64,000 nucleotides of DNA from an uncultured archaeon (GCA_964342815.1 CAYFHS010000004.1:17238-81237), one strand, 5' to 3'. Counted from the first letter of the stretch, positions 27,921 to 38,424 are shown. A program made the numbers and translations. The notes: a model not told the origin generated them from the sequence alone.

Positions 27921-30122
27921 TTATTCTTCTCCTTTCTGAAATTCTATCTTCATGATCTCCTTTAAAAGGTCCAAATCATTCGCTTTTATCATATTATCGG
28001 ACACTGTGTACAGCACGTCATCTATGTAGAACGATCGCTTTATGGAGCCGCCATAGTTTCCATACCATCTGTATTCATCCCGCATTTCGTCGTCATCATA
28101 GTGACTGATCCTGCCCTTCAACACAAACCCATCGTCAGCGGATACTTGTAACACGTATGCGCCTTCCCATACGAACTCTCCATGAGTATTGTCCGCGGCC
28201 CCATTGGGGTACTCCGAATGATCTATCTCGTAAAGACTTATTGGAATTACCAGCAGGTTCTTCGAGAGGCTGAACAGAAACGCGTGCGGATCGTTCTGGG
28301 CGGGAGAATACGTTCCCCTGTCGCCGATTATGTACTTCGATATCTCCTGGGGATTGTTGACATCGGTGACGTCGAACAATGAAAGCTTTACGCCCTGATA
28401 CCAGGAAAATGAACCGCTATCGGCCAAAACCGTATCCTTTCCCAGACCTATCACGTGATTTTCATCATAGGGATGTAGATAATCCGAGTAACCCGGTATC
28501 TTAAGCTCACCCAGGATGAACGGATTGTACGGATCTGTAAGATCCATGACAAAGAATGGATCCACCTTGTCGAAGGTGACGAGATAGGCTCTATTACCCA
28601 TGAATCGGGCCGAATAGATCCTCTCGCCGGGGGCGATATTCCTTATGCTCCCGGTTCTCCTGAGCTTCATGTCCAGTACGAAAAGATGGTTCTTCGCAGT
28701 TCCCAGACCGCTGCGGGAAACATGACCCGTGGTGGTGGCTATCCTGAAATAGCCATCATATTCCCCCATGGAGAACCTGTTCAATATGTAACCGGGAACA
28801 TCGCCCTTTGCCTGGAAAGATATGCTGCCCTTTTTTATGGATATCCGATAGATTACCGTCCGCTCCAATTCCTCTGCGATTTCGCCAGTGAACTTGTCTT
28901 CTTCTTCCTGCCATTCTTCATAGAATTTTTCTCTTTCGTTCTCTGTCAGATTTTCAATATATTCGCCCATCACCCCATCTATTCGGTCCAATTTCTCGAA
29001 TCTCGTGAGATCGGAATTTATAGTGTCGCTTATACGGGAAGAGGAGCGTTCCGGCAGAATGGGTGTGATGGCCCTTTCGATCTCCATCTCTTTTTTATCA
29101 ACCCAGCTTAACCTTTTACCGTATGTCAAATATATATTCTTCTGGGAAACATATATCTGGCCGGACGATCCCATAAGTATCGATCGGATATTCGGTTTCA
29201 TCGACCTTGTTTGTATGTCGATGGAATATATGTTGGTATATGAATAGCTGTTATCGTAACCATCGACATAATGAATATCAGACGGTGCTGCCGCTAGTTC
29301 TTTCTCGTTATTGATTTCCCATGTGGACTGTCGTCCTATAAGGTAGAAGTGATTCCCGATCATCCTCGAGCTTACGTAAGTGCCGTTCATGCTGTCCGCT
29401 CTTGTCAATGACGGATCGTTCCTGTTATTTATGTTATAAACATGGACAAATGTTTCGGATGAAGACGGGCTGTAGTAAGACCTGCGACCGTAATAATAGT
29501 CTCCATAATAGCCTCCGTAATTACCTTTTCTTCCCAAGACTACCAGTTTGTCCCCCACGAGGTATATTTCGATGATACTTCCATCATCCACCTCGATCTC
29601 TGACGCGATCTCCGATTCATCGGCGGGATAAACGTCAACGATTATCACTTTTTTCCGGTCCTTCGATACGATGTATGCGTATCCTCCGTCGTTCTTCACG
29701 ATATCGCCTTCGTCGACCCCTTCTTCTTGCACGTTCGTCTTTGAGTAATCGCCGGATCCCGAGCCCCCGTCGTCCGCATCACTCTCGACATCCATCTTAA
29801 CATCTCTTCCTACATAACTAGCGGGTAATGGATAGTTAGTATTATTTACATTAAAATCGTATTTCCACCTGTACAATCCATTGCTGTCCAGGTTTCTGTA
29901 AGATCCGGAACTGCCGAGTCTGGTATTTGTATCCAAAAAGTTCTCTATATCGTTATATGATGAGAAGGTTCCCAGATCGGTCAGATCTTCGTATTCTCGG
30001 TCATAGTTGTTCTCTCCGGATTGATAGTCGTTATCCAGAGATGCAATACAAGCGTAGATGGCGCAAAAAACCGTCATCATTATGGTCAATGTAACTGCCA
30101 ATTTTTCCATTTTCGATATCAT
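27921..30122 (-). CDS. Secreted beta-propeller domain protein (Beta_propel / COG4880-like)
   Basis: YSKTNVQEEGVDEGDIVKNDG, NRFSMGEYDGYFRIATT, APGERIYSARF, LVTFDKVDPFF, LGELKIPGYSDYLHPYDENH. AGGTGA RBS before the ATG at 30122. Confidence 0.88.
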   Translation of the reverse strand: MISKMEKLAVTLTIMMTVFCAIYACIASLDNDYQSGENNYDREYEDLTDLGTFSSYNDIENFLDTNTRLGSSGSYRNLDSNGLYRWKYDFNVNNTNYPLPASYVGRDVKMDVESDADDGGSGSGDYSKTNVQEEGVDEGDIVKNDGGYAYIVSKDRKKVIIVDVYPADESEIASEIEVDDGSIIEIYLVGDKLVVLGRKGNYGGYYGDYYYGRRSYYSPSSSETFVHVYNINNRNDPSLTRADSMNGTYVSSRMIGNHFYLIGRQSTWEINNEKELAAAPSDIHYVDGYDNSYSYTNIYSIDIQTRSMKPNIRSILMGSSGQIYVSQKNIYLTYGKRLSWVDKKEMEIERAITPILPERSSSRISDTINSDLTRFEKLDRIDGVMGEYIENLTENEREKFYEEWQEEEDKFTGEIAEELERTVIYRISIKKGSISFQAKGDVPGYILNRFSMGEYDGYFRIATTTGHVSRSGLGTAKNHLFVLDMKLRRTGSIRNIAPGERIYSARFMGNRAYLVTFDKVDPFFVMDLTDPYNPFILGELKIPGYSDYLHPYDENHVIGLGKDTVLADSGSFSWYQGVKLSLFDVTDVNNPQEISKYIIGDRGTYSPAQNDPHAFLFSLSKNLLVIPISLYEIDHSEYPNGAADNTHGEFVWEGAYVLQVSADDGFVLKGRISHYDDDEMRDEYRWYGNYGGSIKRSFYIDDVLYTVSDNMIKANDLDLLKEIMKIEFQKGEE

Positions 30123-30323
30123 ATTCACCTCTCCATACCATCTGTTACACATTTGAGAATATAATACAATTTTGGTATAATCGTGAAAATGATATGAGGG
30201 ATTGTTTGCAAAACACCATGGGAAAAAATTTGTACTGGCAATGCTCCGCCAATCGTGTTGAACAAAGGTCCGACCTATCAACTCTGCCTCAGGCATCATT
30301 CGAATATGAATCCGTGAGCGGAC

Positions 30324-30851
30324 TTAGTGAAATTCTTTTTCACTCACGATTTCTGTGATCATTTTCATTCCAAGACGTACTATCCTGGGCTCAAGCCAGA
30401 ACTCATTGGGCTCGGAAGCAAATGATTCCAGGATTTTTATTGCCGAGGGGTAACTTAATTTATTTTCTTTTACCCCTGTGGCGATAATACCGATAGTTCC
30501 TTTTACTTGTACGCCTTCGATCTTCGCGACCTCTCGTCCGTCCCTTTCATTTATCAATAAAAGGGCAGATAACTCTTTTGCCAGAAGTATCGATGTAGCT
30601 TCCCCCATATGGATTGAATACCTTTTTACAAATTTTGAGACATCCCCATCCGGATCTCTGATTTCAATCCAGTCGCCAACCGCTTCCATTATTCGATTTG
30701 AATCTGCATGCCCATATTTTTGCCCTTCGATAACGGTTTCATTATAAACAATTTGGGTGAGGCAGCATTTTTCATATAACTTTTTTATTAAATTAAGCGA
30801 GTTAGCTTTTGACAAATGTATCAATGGAGTCGCGTCACTTACGACTATCAT
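30324..30851 (-). CDS. PIN-domain toxin (DUF3368/VapC-like)
   Basis: MIVVSDATPLIHL, V..E, IHMGEATSILLA, LLINERDGR, GTIGII. Confidence 0.85.
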   Translation of the reverse strand: MIVVSDATPLIHLSKANSLNLIKKLYEKCCLTQIVYNETVIEGQKYGHADSNRIMEAVGDWIEIRDPDGDVSKFVKRYSIHMGEATSILLAKELSALLLINERDGREVAKIEGVQVKGTIGIIATGVKENKLSYPSAIKILESFASEPNEFWLEPRIVRLGMKMITEIVSEKEFH

Positions 30852-31153
30852 TGAATATCCTCAGTTAGTTCTTTTTCACCATAGCGTATATATGATTTTT
30901 TCCCGGACAAAATCTTAAGAGTTTCACGCAATGGTAAATCCAATAGATCTGCGGCATCTCGAAGTGAAATCCTGCCTTCCTTGTATAAGTAAGTCACCGA
31001 TTCGATATCCTGTCTTTGTTTATATTCATTCACTAATTGTCGTATTCCATCACGAATTACTTCAGATAGATTACCATAATATTTTCCTACCAAATATATC
31101 TCGGCTTCTTTTGCCAATTCCTCGGGAATTGATATTGTGCGCTTGATATACAT
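30848..31153 (-). CDS. Ribbon-helix-helix / UPF0175 antitoxin
   Basis: RTISIPEEL..Y.NLSEVIRDGIR, then LYKEGRISLRDAADLLDL. ATGA overlap with the PIN gene. Confidence 0.82.
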   Translation of the reverse strand: MYIKRTISIPEELAKEAEIYLVGKYYGNLSEVIRDGIRQLVNEYKQRQDIESVTYLYKEGRISLRDAADLLDLPLRETLKILSGKKSYIRYGEKELTEDIQ

Positions 31154-31227
31154 GTTTCATACCTCATATGTACATATATTGAGTGCTTTATTTATAATTT
31201 GTCACACGAATATAAGAGAATAAATAA

Positions 31228-31725
31228 TCATTTTTTCCCAGCTTTCTTCATTTTTGAAGAACTTTCAGTTATAATAATCTCGTATTTTTTTCTGGCGGCT
31301 ACCTTTTTCTGACCCGCATCAGGGAGAATACGGTTCAGAAGAGAGCCCTTGACCTCCAGCCTTATCTCACGAGATAGATCCTCGGAGCTTGCTCTACCCT
31401 TTGCAGATTGTATCGTAATGGCCTGCTGCACCTGGGTCAGGGATTCGACGTCCGCCCCCAGCTCTCGAGCCTGCCTACGGTCCATTTCCAGCTCAAAGAC
31501 CTTCATCCGACCCACAATGTGCTCCTTGATGAAACATTGGTCCTTGAGGGTTTTCAGGTGATGGTACAAATTATATCTGGATTCGCGAAGCTCCTTTTCA
31601 AGCTCGACTGTGGTGCGGGGCCCTTTCTCCAGGCACTTTATTATGGCCTGGCGGGTGGGATGGGCCGCCGAAGAGATGTTCCTCGGGACCCATATTCTTT
31701 TCTTTTGACTATTTTTTTCCTCCAC
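31228..31725 (-). CDS. ArsR/SmtB-family winged-HTH regulator with C-terminal extension
   Basis: AAHPTRQAIIKCL..T..EL..L..SRYNLYHHLKTL. Confidence 0.8.
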   Translation of the reverse strand: MEEKNSQKKRIWVPRNISSAAHPTRQAIIKCLEKGPRTTVELEKELRESRYNLYHHLKTLKDQCFIKEHIVGRMKVFELEMDRRQARELGADVESLTQVQQAITIQSAKGRASSEDLSREIRLEVKGSLLNRILPDAGQKKVAARKKYEIIITESSSKMKKAGKK

Positions 31726-31735
31726 CAGATGCCCC

Positions 31736-32638
31736 CTATCCTTTCTTTTTCATGGACTTCTTCTTCTGCATGGCGATATTCTTCGATATGAATGACACTG
31801 AAGACTGGGCTGCCGTGTATTCGGACGCCGCCATTCCGCCCATTGCAGCCTGGATCTCACCCGGGGCCATGGCAAGCTCGGATTTTGATACCAGGGAGGA
31901 AGCCTTGGCCATGTCCTTCTTGTCCCTGGTCTCGGATCGCTGAAGATAGAAGTGGCTTATCATGTGGACCACCCGTCCTTCACCCCAGGAGAACTCGCAG
32001 ATCACAGGCGCCTCCCCGTATTTTTCCTCGAGCTCTTTCGACTCTACAAGGACGTTTACTTTTTTATTGTCCAGGACCACTATGGGGTATGAGCTTCCCT
32101 CCAGCCACCAAAGCGGATCCATACCGTCCTCCAGAAACCCATCCAGTATTGGATTGTCGGGATCGAGAACGTTTATCCTGACCACTTCGTCCTGGGTCGG
32201 CTTCTGATTGTACTTCATGGTCTTTGGGAACGCCCGTTCTATAATGTGTTTCAGGGCCCAATCGGTTGTGATCAGTAGCCCCCCTCCGTTGACGAAGGTC
32301 ACTATCTTCCTTATGGCCTTGTCGGACACCTGCCCCGGACAGTTGACGAACAGGGTCTGGTCAGGGCGGAGCTTTATCGTATCCATATTGCCAATATTGA
32401 TCCTGACGAAAGGAATCCCTGCAAGCTCCAGTACCAGGTGTGCATGGTCATATGTACCGTCCACTACCACTACGTCCGCCTCGGTAACCTCCTTTAGAGC
32501 TTCGGCTGACTCAGGATCCTTTTTCTCCATCTTGAGCCTGGTGAAGAACGCCCCTGCCTTGTATGACGCTTTCATCTTTGCCTGCCCAGGGGCTTCTCCG
32601 CTGTTGATATTCATATCCATTTTTTGCTGTTGACACAT
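31736..32638 (-). CDS. Conserved hypothetical protein, probable class I GATase-like fold
   Basis: VVVDGTYDH, LFVNCPG, FVNGGGLLITTDWAL, WWLEGSSYPI, GEGRVVHMISHF. GAGGTG RBS before the ATG at 32638. Confidence 0.6.
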   Translation of the reverse strand: MCQQQKMDMNINSGEAPGQAKMKASYKAGAFFTRLKMEKKDPESAEALKEVTEADVVVVDGTYDHAHLVLELAGIPFVRINIGNMDTIKLRPDQTLFVNCPGQVSDKAIRKIVTFVNGGGLLITTDWALKHIIERAFPKTMKYNQKPTQDEVVRINVLDPDNPILDGFLEDGMDPLWWLEGSSYPIVVLDNKKVNVLVESKELEEKYGEAPVICEFSWGEGRVVHMISHFYLQRSETRDKKDMAKASSLVSKSELAMAPGEIQAAMGGMAASEYTAAQSSVSFISKNIAMQKKKSMKKKG

Positions 32639-32819
32639 TTCCGGCACCTCGTTTTTTCAAGTAAGTAAGTATTTACTTACTAAGATTTAAAACTATGTGT
32701 CTCATCTATCGAAAATGTCACTCGGGAGAATCTTTTAATGAAGGATTTAGTAGTTATTTTTTAGTCGGATGGGGATAAGGGTGTTAAAAGGAATGGAATG
32801 CGACCTCATCCATTTCACA

Positions 32820-34940
32820 TCAATAGAAAGTGAAAAAGGTAATGAGAAAAATGAAAAAACTAATTGCTGGCCAAAATGATAACTTGACTATGAGGTTGTC
32901 TCGGTAGTTTACTATTTTACTTTTATAACTCGAAGCGAGCAAGATCGAATTAACGGACAACACGAGTATGGCAAAGTACAATTCGAAATAAAAGAACTCG
33001 AAATAAATAAATTCGTTTAGTGATAGGTTTTCTCTTAGGGAAATATGTGAGATCATCAGAACGAAGAAAAGGGAACCGCAAAATGCCAGGACCGGCAAGG
33101 ATCCGAATCCAAAGATGCCTACCTTTTTCTTCTTCACCGTTGTGATCATTAGCACCGCGAATAATAGAAGAACTATAATGATCAAGGGTATGGCATCGGA
33201 CATGAATACGCTGATTGCATTGGGCTCTATCTCGACGTTGAAATATAGCTCCGGGAACTCCGAACATCTGCTGGATTTGAGCCCCAGGTTTGTGTTGTAT
33301 TCGTTTATTCGATAACTGTAATAGCTTTCTTTCACACTCCATCCTTCAATAATAAAGTTCTTTTCGATACCCGGTAGTTCATGTGGTTTTATCGTGTTGT
33401 AACCTTCAAAATCAGGAACAAGAATAACATTATGTTGCAGATCGTTCGGCCAGAACCTAATCCAGACATTTTCTTTGTTGAAAGGGTAGAGTGAATAGTC
33501 GAACGGCTGCCTCAAGGCGGCATTGAAATACCAAATACTTACGTTATCATTTGAAAAACTCAGTGAAATCTCCGAACTTTCTGCCTCTGGTAAAATGAAT
33601 CCCATTGTTACCGATGTTTCGTTTATATGTTTTTGCCAAACGTATCCGGTGAGGATAACATTGTTTCCACTGCTGAACTCTATTGATTGAATGAAGACTC
33701 CCGTAGGGATCCTGATCAAAGAATCATCTTCTACCGATTCTGAATCGTAACAGTAGTTGGAAATAGTAGATTCTACCGCATTATTATCATATACCGATAT
33801 ATTTTCCGATCCGAGACCATATACGGATTCCAATGAGATTACCCAGTAAAGAAAGGTTCCACCGAATAGAAGTGCGGACAGGGTAAGCGTGACAAACCAT
33901 AGCCTCCTTGCCTCTGTTGATTTTTTCCTAGTAATAATCAGTATCAATGATATTATGAAAATGATTGAAACGATGATTATAAAAAAGAGGGTATGCCTTA
34001 ACGAAACCTCGATGTCCTGCAATATTTCATCTTCTATGAATACGGCTCCCAATGTCCACTTTCCATCACCGGTGTTAATCTCGTCCAAAGCGATCCATAG
34101 CGTCTGTCCCGTGTTTTGATTCTTGTAATTGATAAGATTTTCGTCTCTTTTCTCCTTGGCGATGTGGAGTTGATCATATTCATCCCCGGTCTCTATTATC
34201 TTTTTTCCCAGATATTCTTTGTTTGGATGCGAGGCGATAATGTTATCTTCCGTGAATATAAAACCGTACCCGGTTTGTCCGAACGTTATTTCGCTCACTT
34301 TGTCCCGAATGTCGTCCAAAGAGTACACCGTGGCAACAACTCCGGCGATCTCTTTTTTTCCTGGATTGTTATAGTTTTCATAGAATGGAACTCCATAGAC
34401 CGCAATGAGTGTGTCGCTTGCGGTTCCAAAATACGCTTCGGTCCAGCTGGGTCCGTTTTTCAATGGATTCTGATACCAGATGGTTCTGACCCCGTGATAT
34501 CCGTCAGGCTTTGTATAATTATACAATTGTTCGATCATTACCAGTTCATTTCCAGTTTCAGACCGCTTTACGTAAGGAGCAAAAAGATTTGTTTCTGGGT
34601 TTCTTTTGAAAGGTTCGAAGGCGACTACTACGCCGAATATCTCAGGATTTTCTTCCATCGTTCTATTCAATCGGTCTTCTATACCGTCATATTTCAGGTT
34701 TCCGTTATTGAGGTCGGAAGCAATGGATGTTGATAATGTCACAGGATTTTTGAGCCAATTCTCGATGCTTGTTGAGGCTTCCTTGACGTTATCGGTTGTT
34801 TTCACTTTATGTTCATCCAATAACTGAGATGGACTTATGGTATAAACCAGGCAAAGAACAAATAGAATAATTAGGCTCACGATGCATATAACTTTGTTGA
34901 GATCTGACATGAATTTCATATTCTTTGAAGATGCTTTCAT
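32820..34940 (-). CDS. Pentameric ligand-gated ion channel (Pro-loop) with N-terminal Cache domain
   Basis: dCache-like (FAPY..WY..P..WTEAYF..A.YGVPF..GYGFI) followed by two TMs, IPTGVFIQS, FDYSLYPF Pro-loop, GW, and four C-terminal TM helices. Confidence 0.8.
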   Translation of the reverse strand: MKASSKNMKFMSDLNKVICIVSLIILFVLCLVYTISPSQLLDEHKVKTTDNVKEASTSIENWLKNPVTLSTSIASDLNNGNLKYDGIEDRLNRTMEENPEIFGVVVAFEPFKRNPETNLFAPYVKRSETGNELVMIEQLYNYTKPDGYHGVRTIWYQNPLKNGPSWTEAYFGTASDTLIAVYGVPFYENYNNPGKKEIAGVVATVYSLDDIRDKVSEITFGQTGYGFIFTEDNIIASHPNKEYLGKKIIETGDEYDQLHIAKEKRDENLINYKNQNTGQTLWIALDEINTGDGKWTLGAVFIEDEILQDIEVSLRHTLFFIIIVSIIFIISLILIITRKKSTEARRLWFVTLTLSALLFGGTFLYWVISLESVYGLGSENISVYDNNAVESTISNYCYDSESVEDDSLIRIPTGVFIQSIEFSSGNNVILTGYVWQKHINETSVTMGFILPEAESSEISLSFSNDNVSIWYFNAALRQPFDYSLYPFNKENVWIRFWPNDLQHNVILVPDFEGYNTIKPHELPGIEKNFIIEGWSVKESYYSYRINEYNTNLGLKSSRCSEFPELYFNVEIEPNAISVFMSDAIPLIIIVLLLFAVLMITTVKKKKVGIFGFGSLPVLAFCGSLFFVLMISHISLRENLSLNEFIYFEFFYFELYFAILVLSVNSILLASSYKSKIVNYRDNLIVKLSFWPAISFFIFLITFFTFY

Positions 34941-35295
34941 CTTAACACTTGGGGGATCAATTGAGATAGTATCAATACAAATATATAAAACTATTTTAAG
35001 GTATCTGATTGAAATATTTAAGAAGCAACTCCTAGAGGAAATTATTTTGCACACTTTTTCATTTTGACCGAGTAAGCGAGGGTCGAGATTTTTCGGGGAG
35101 AGACCGTCCCATAACGAGGAGCGCTGTATTGCGAGTTTTGTCTGAATTATTGAAAGTCGGATGATATGCTGTGACAGATCGAGTTCAATTGTCAATATAA
35201 TCCTTGGCCGGCAATTGCCGACCATAGAGGCTTCGCCTCCTTCCTTTTTATTAATAATTTTGGTTCGGGCCGACGTTCGCCTGGGGGCCGCAGGA

Positions 35296-35317
35296 TTGCT
35301 TGGACACTTCCAAGCAA
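35296..35317. terminator. Hairpin downstream of the ABC permease
   Basis: TTGCTTGG-ACACTT-CCAAGCAA perfect 8-bp stem; function unproven. Confidence 0.3.
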
Positions 35318-35379
35318 GTCAGGTGTGCTATTCGTACACCGAGACCCTCTATAGTTGTTGACAAATTATTATGTCGACT

Positions 35380-36570
35380 CTATTTGTTCATGGCCCTCTT
35401 GAATACCGGGACTGCGATTATCAGCAGCACCGTACCGAACACAGCCATGAATATCACCTCGAAAGCTATGTTAGATATACCTCCGCCCAGAACTATGACC
35501 TTTCTCAAAGCTGTTGTGGAATAGGTCAGTGGAAGTATCTTCGATACGTACTGCATGAACCACGGCATCTGCTCCATGGGGAAGAATACTCCGCTCATGA
35601 TCATCATTGGGAACATAAGGCTCATCATTATCATGCTGGCCGTCTCTTCCGTATCGGCAAACGAGGTAATCAGGATTCCAAGACCAACGAAACCGTACAC
35701 TCCCAGTACCAGAAGGAAGAAGACCAGGAATAAACTCCCGTAGATCTTCACATCGAAGACCAGCATGGCCAGTACCAAAATAATGGTTCCCTGCAGCATT
35801 CCGCGAATGGTCTGGGCCATCACCTTGCCGAGAATGATGGACGAGCGGTTTATAGGCGCCACCAGCATTCCGTCGAGAGTACCCATGTCCTTTTCGTACG
35901 ATATGGCATGGGGAAGCCCGGTCATAAGCGACATCATAACCACCATGCCCATGATCCCAGGGGCAACGAATTGGAAATAGTTGGGGTCACCGGATATTAT
36001 TCCCTTTACCTTCACCCGATATGGTTTTATCAATGCTCCTGTGTCATTGGTATCCACTCCATAGGTCTCGTTCAATTTTTTTTCCGCCCTTATGGTTCCG
36101 ATCTGCTCAATGGTCAGCTTCAGTGCGGACTCCACCATTAACGACAGCTGGGGATTGGATTGATCAGTAATTATCGTGATATTTGCGGTCCTACCTGCCA
36201 GAAGCGACGCCGTGAAATCCTCAGCGAGCAGTATCCCTCCGCTGATTTCTCCGTTCCGGATCTCGCTTTTCAACTCTTCCATATCTCCCCCCGACGTGAT
36301 GTCGAATAACTCGGTACGGTTGTTGAACATATGGAAGTTTGTAAGAAAAGGATCCGCGAGCATGGTTCCATTCTCGCCAATATCTCTATTCGCGATGGCA
36401 ATTGGAACGTCGCTCATGGAATCCATGGTTGGAAAGATAAAACCCACCATTATCATCATGAAGAAAGGCATGACCACCAGCATCACAAGGGCCAGCCTGT
36501 TGCGGGCTATCTCGAGAACGTCCTTCCAGCACACCCAGAAACTGTGTCGAAATACTTTTATAATTTTCAT
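35380..36570 (-). CDS. ABC-2 type exporter permease (DrrB-like)
   Basis: FVAPGIMGM, SYEKDMGTLDGMLVAPI, IILGK, FFPMEQMPWFMQ..PLTY. Confidence 0.92.
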   Translation of the reverse strand: MKIIKVFRHSFWVCWKDVLEIARNRLALVMLVVMPFFMMIMVGFIFPTMDSMSDVPIAIANRDIGENGTMLADPFLTNFHMFNNRTELFDITSGGDMEELKSEIRNGEISGGILLAEDFTASLLAGRTANITIITDQSNPQLSLMVESALKLTIEQIGTIRAEKKLNETYGVDTNDTGALIKPYRVKVKGIISGDPNYFQFVAPGIMGMVVMMSLMTGLPHAISYEKDMGTLDGMLVAPINRSSIILGKVMAQTIRGMLQGTIILVLAMLVFDVKIYGSLFLVFFLLVLGVYGFVGLGILITSFADTEETASMIMMSLMFPMMIMSGVFFPMEQMPWFMQYVSKILPLTYSTTALRKVIVLGGGISNIAFEVIFMAVFGTVLLIIAVPVFKRAMNK

Positions 36571-37586
36571 TATCTCACCCTCTTTTTAGCTCTCCAGTGA
36601 CCATGTTGTCCAATACCCTTGACCTTTTCGGAGGTTTCGTCCCGTACCTCGTGCCCCGTGAGATGAAGGAACACATCCTCAAGGGTCGGTTCCAGATTCT
36701 TAATAAAAGCGATCTTTCCATTTTCACGCCGCACCGTGTCTATTATCTCGTCGAAAGCGTCTTCTCCCCGTGCCTGTATCTTGACGTGAGTGTCATCCTT
36801 GAACTTTGCCGTCCTTACACAGTCCAACGATCTGAGGCTTTCCATGATGCTGTTCGATAGATTGGGAATGTTCATCTCCATCACCGTGGTATCATCACCG
36901 GATATGAGTCGTTTGAGGTTCTCGGGGGTATCTATTGCCACTATCTTTCCCCTGTCTATTATGCCTATTCTGTCGCAGAGAAGGTCCGCCTCCACCATCA
37001 TATGCGTTGTAAGTATTATTGTGGTCTTATGCTCAAGATTTATCTTGCGTATGAACTCCCTTATCTCACTGGATGACTGGGGATCGAGACCCAGGGTAGG
37101 CTCGTCAAGGAACAGTATTTCCGGCTGGTTCAAAAGAGCCCGCACCACGTTTATTCGCTGTTTCATACCCGTGGAAAAGGTACCTATCTGGGAATTTGCC
37201 CATTTTTCCATCTTAACAAGTTTCAACAGCTCTTTGATCTTTTCGGCGAGCGCCGCTTTTGGTATATCGAAAAGCTTGCCGAACAGTTTCATGTTCTCAG
37301 CAGCGGTGAGTCGATCGTACATTATCATCTTTTCCGACACCAGACCAATGTGCTCCCGGACCTTACCGTCCTCTTTCCTTATGTCGTAACCTCCCACCTT
37401 CGCGGATCCCTCTGTGGGCCTGCTCAGAGTACACAGCATCCTGATGGTGGTTGTCTTGCCCGCACCGTTTGGCCCTAGAAAGCCGAATACCTCGCCTTTT
37501 CGCACCTTGAAAGATACATGGTCCACAGCTGCAAGCTCCCCGAATCTCTTCGTAAGCTCCATGGTCTCGATGGCGATCTCATGCAT
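36570..37586 (-). CDS. ABC exporter ATP-binding protein (DrrA-like)
   Basis: GPNGAGKTT, FSTGMKQR, LFLDEPTLGLDP, LTTHMM, PTLEDVF. Real start at 37586 overlaps the marR stop. Confidence 0.95.
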   Translation of the reverse strand: MHEIAIETMELTKRFGELAAVDHVSFKVRKGEVFGFLGPNGAGKTTTIRMLCTLSRPTEGSAKVGGYDIRKEDGKVREHIGLVSEKMIMYDRLTAAENMKLFGKLFDIPKAALAEKIKELLKLVKMEKWANSQIGTFSTGMKQRINVVRALLNQPEILFLDEPTLGLDPQSSSEIREFIRKINLEHKTTIILTTHMMVEADLLCDRIGIIDRGKIVAIDTPENLKRLISGDDTTVMEMNIPNLSNSIMESLRSLDCVRTAKFKDDTHVKIQARGEDAFDEIIDTVRRENGKIAFIKNLEPTLEDVFLHLTGHEVRDETSEKVKGIGQHGHWRAKKRVR

Positions 37587-38049
37587 GGATGCAGCCCCCG
37601 ACTTCATCATCCAGCACAGCATATTTGGAATCCAGTATATTCCGGTGCATTCTTTGTATGAGATCGAGGAACAGTTTAAATTCTTCATCGGTAAAGTCCG
37701 AGGTCAGTACCTCCGTTAACTCACGGAGTATCTCAATGACCAAATTCCCAATATGCTCCCCCTTTTCAGTGAGAAAGACCTGATAAGCCCTTCGGTCCTT
37801 TGGATTCCTTCTCCTTTCCACGTAACCCTCATCCAATAATTTCCGGATCGCCCGACCAACTGTAGCCTTGTCCACGTGAAAGAAACGGGATAGCTCTTCC
37901 TGGCTCTGCCCGTTCCTCTGTAGAAGCATGCGGAAATAGGGAAACTGCCCGCAGCCGATCTTGTATTCCTTCAGTCTGTTCGAGACAAACGCCCTGCCGT
38001 GCCGATGTATAATGGACATCGATTTACCGATGGACTCGTAATTTTCCAT
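37579..38049 (-). CDS. MarR-family transcriptional regulator
   Basis: SQEELS..VDKATVGRAIRKL..GYVERRRNPKDRR..VFLTEKG. Confidence 0.93.
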   Translation of the reverse strand: MENYESIGKSMSIIHRHGRAFVSNRLKEYKIGCGQFPYFRMLLQRNGQSQEELSRFFHVDKATVGRAIRKLLDEGYVERRRNPKDRRAYQVFLTEKGEHIGNLVIEILRELTEVLTSDFTDEEFKLFLDLIQRMHRNILDSKYAVLDDEVGGCIHA

Positions 38050-38117
38050 AGCGCTCAAGTTCCTGGCTCACCCAATAAGGGCGGTTCCTTTGTATCGGTG
38101 CTGAAATTAACTAATTA

Positions 38118-38140
38118 TATATAACGGTTGCTTACGCAAC
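38118..38140 (-). promoter_or_regulatory. Probable MarR operator next to the TATA box
   Basis: GTTGC-TTAC-GCAAC palindrome (38127-38140) lies immediately upstream, on the minus strand, of TTATATATAA. Confidence 0.55.
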
Positions 38141-38424
38141 TATTTGGCGTGATAATTGTATCCTCCAATGAGAAGTACTGGCTGAAGAACATCATTCACC
38201 CCGCGGACGACGTATAATACACACCCTCCTCACTTAAAATAACGGATTGTTGTAAATCGTGAAGAAAAGCACGGCCAAACGTTGACCTTGATTTTCATTG
38301 TTTTTTTATAGTGACCCAGAATAGGGATCGAGTCAAACTTAATTGACGCGGCCAAGAGGGAAGAGACTCTCGTTTCGGAAACGTAAAACCCCGGTTTTCT
38401 CGATTTTTTTGTACCCGTAAATTA

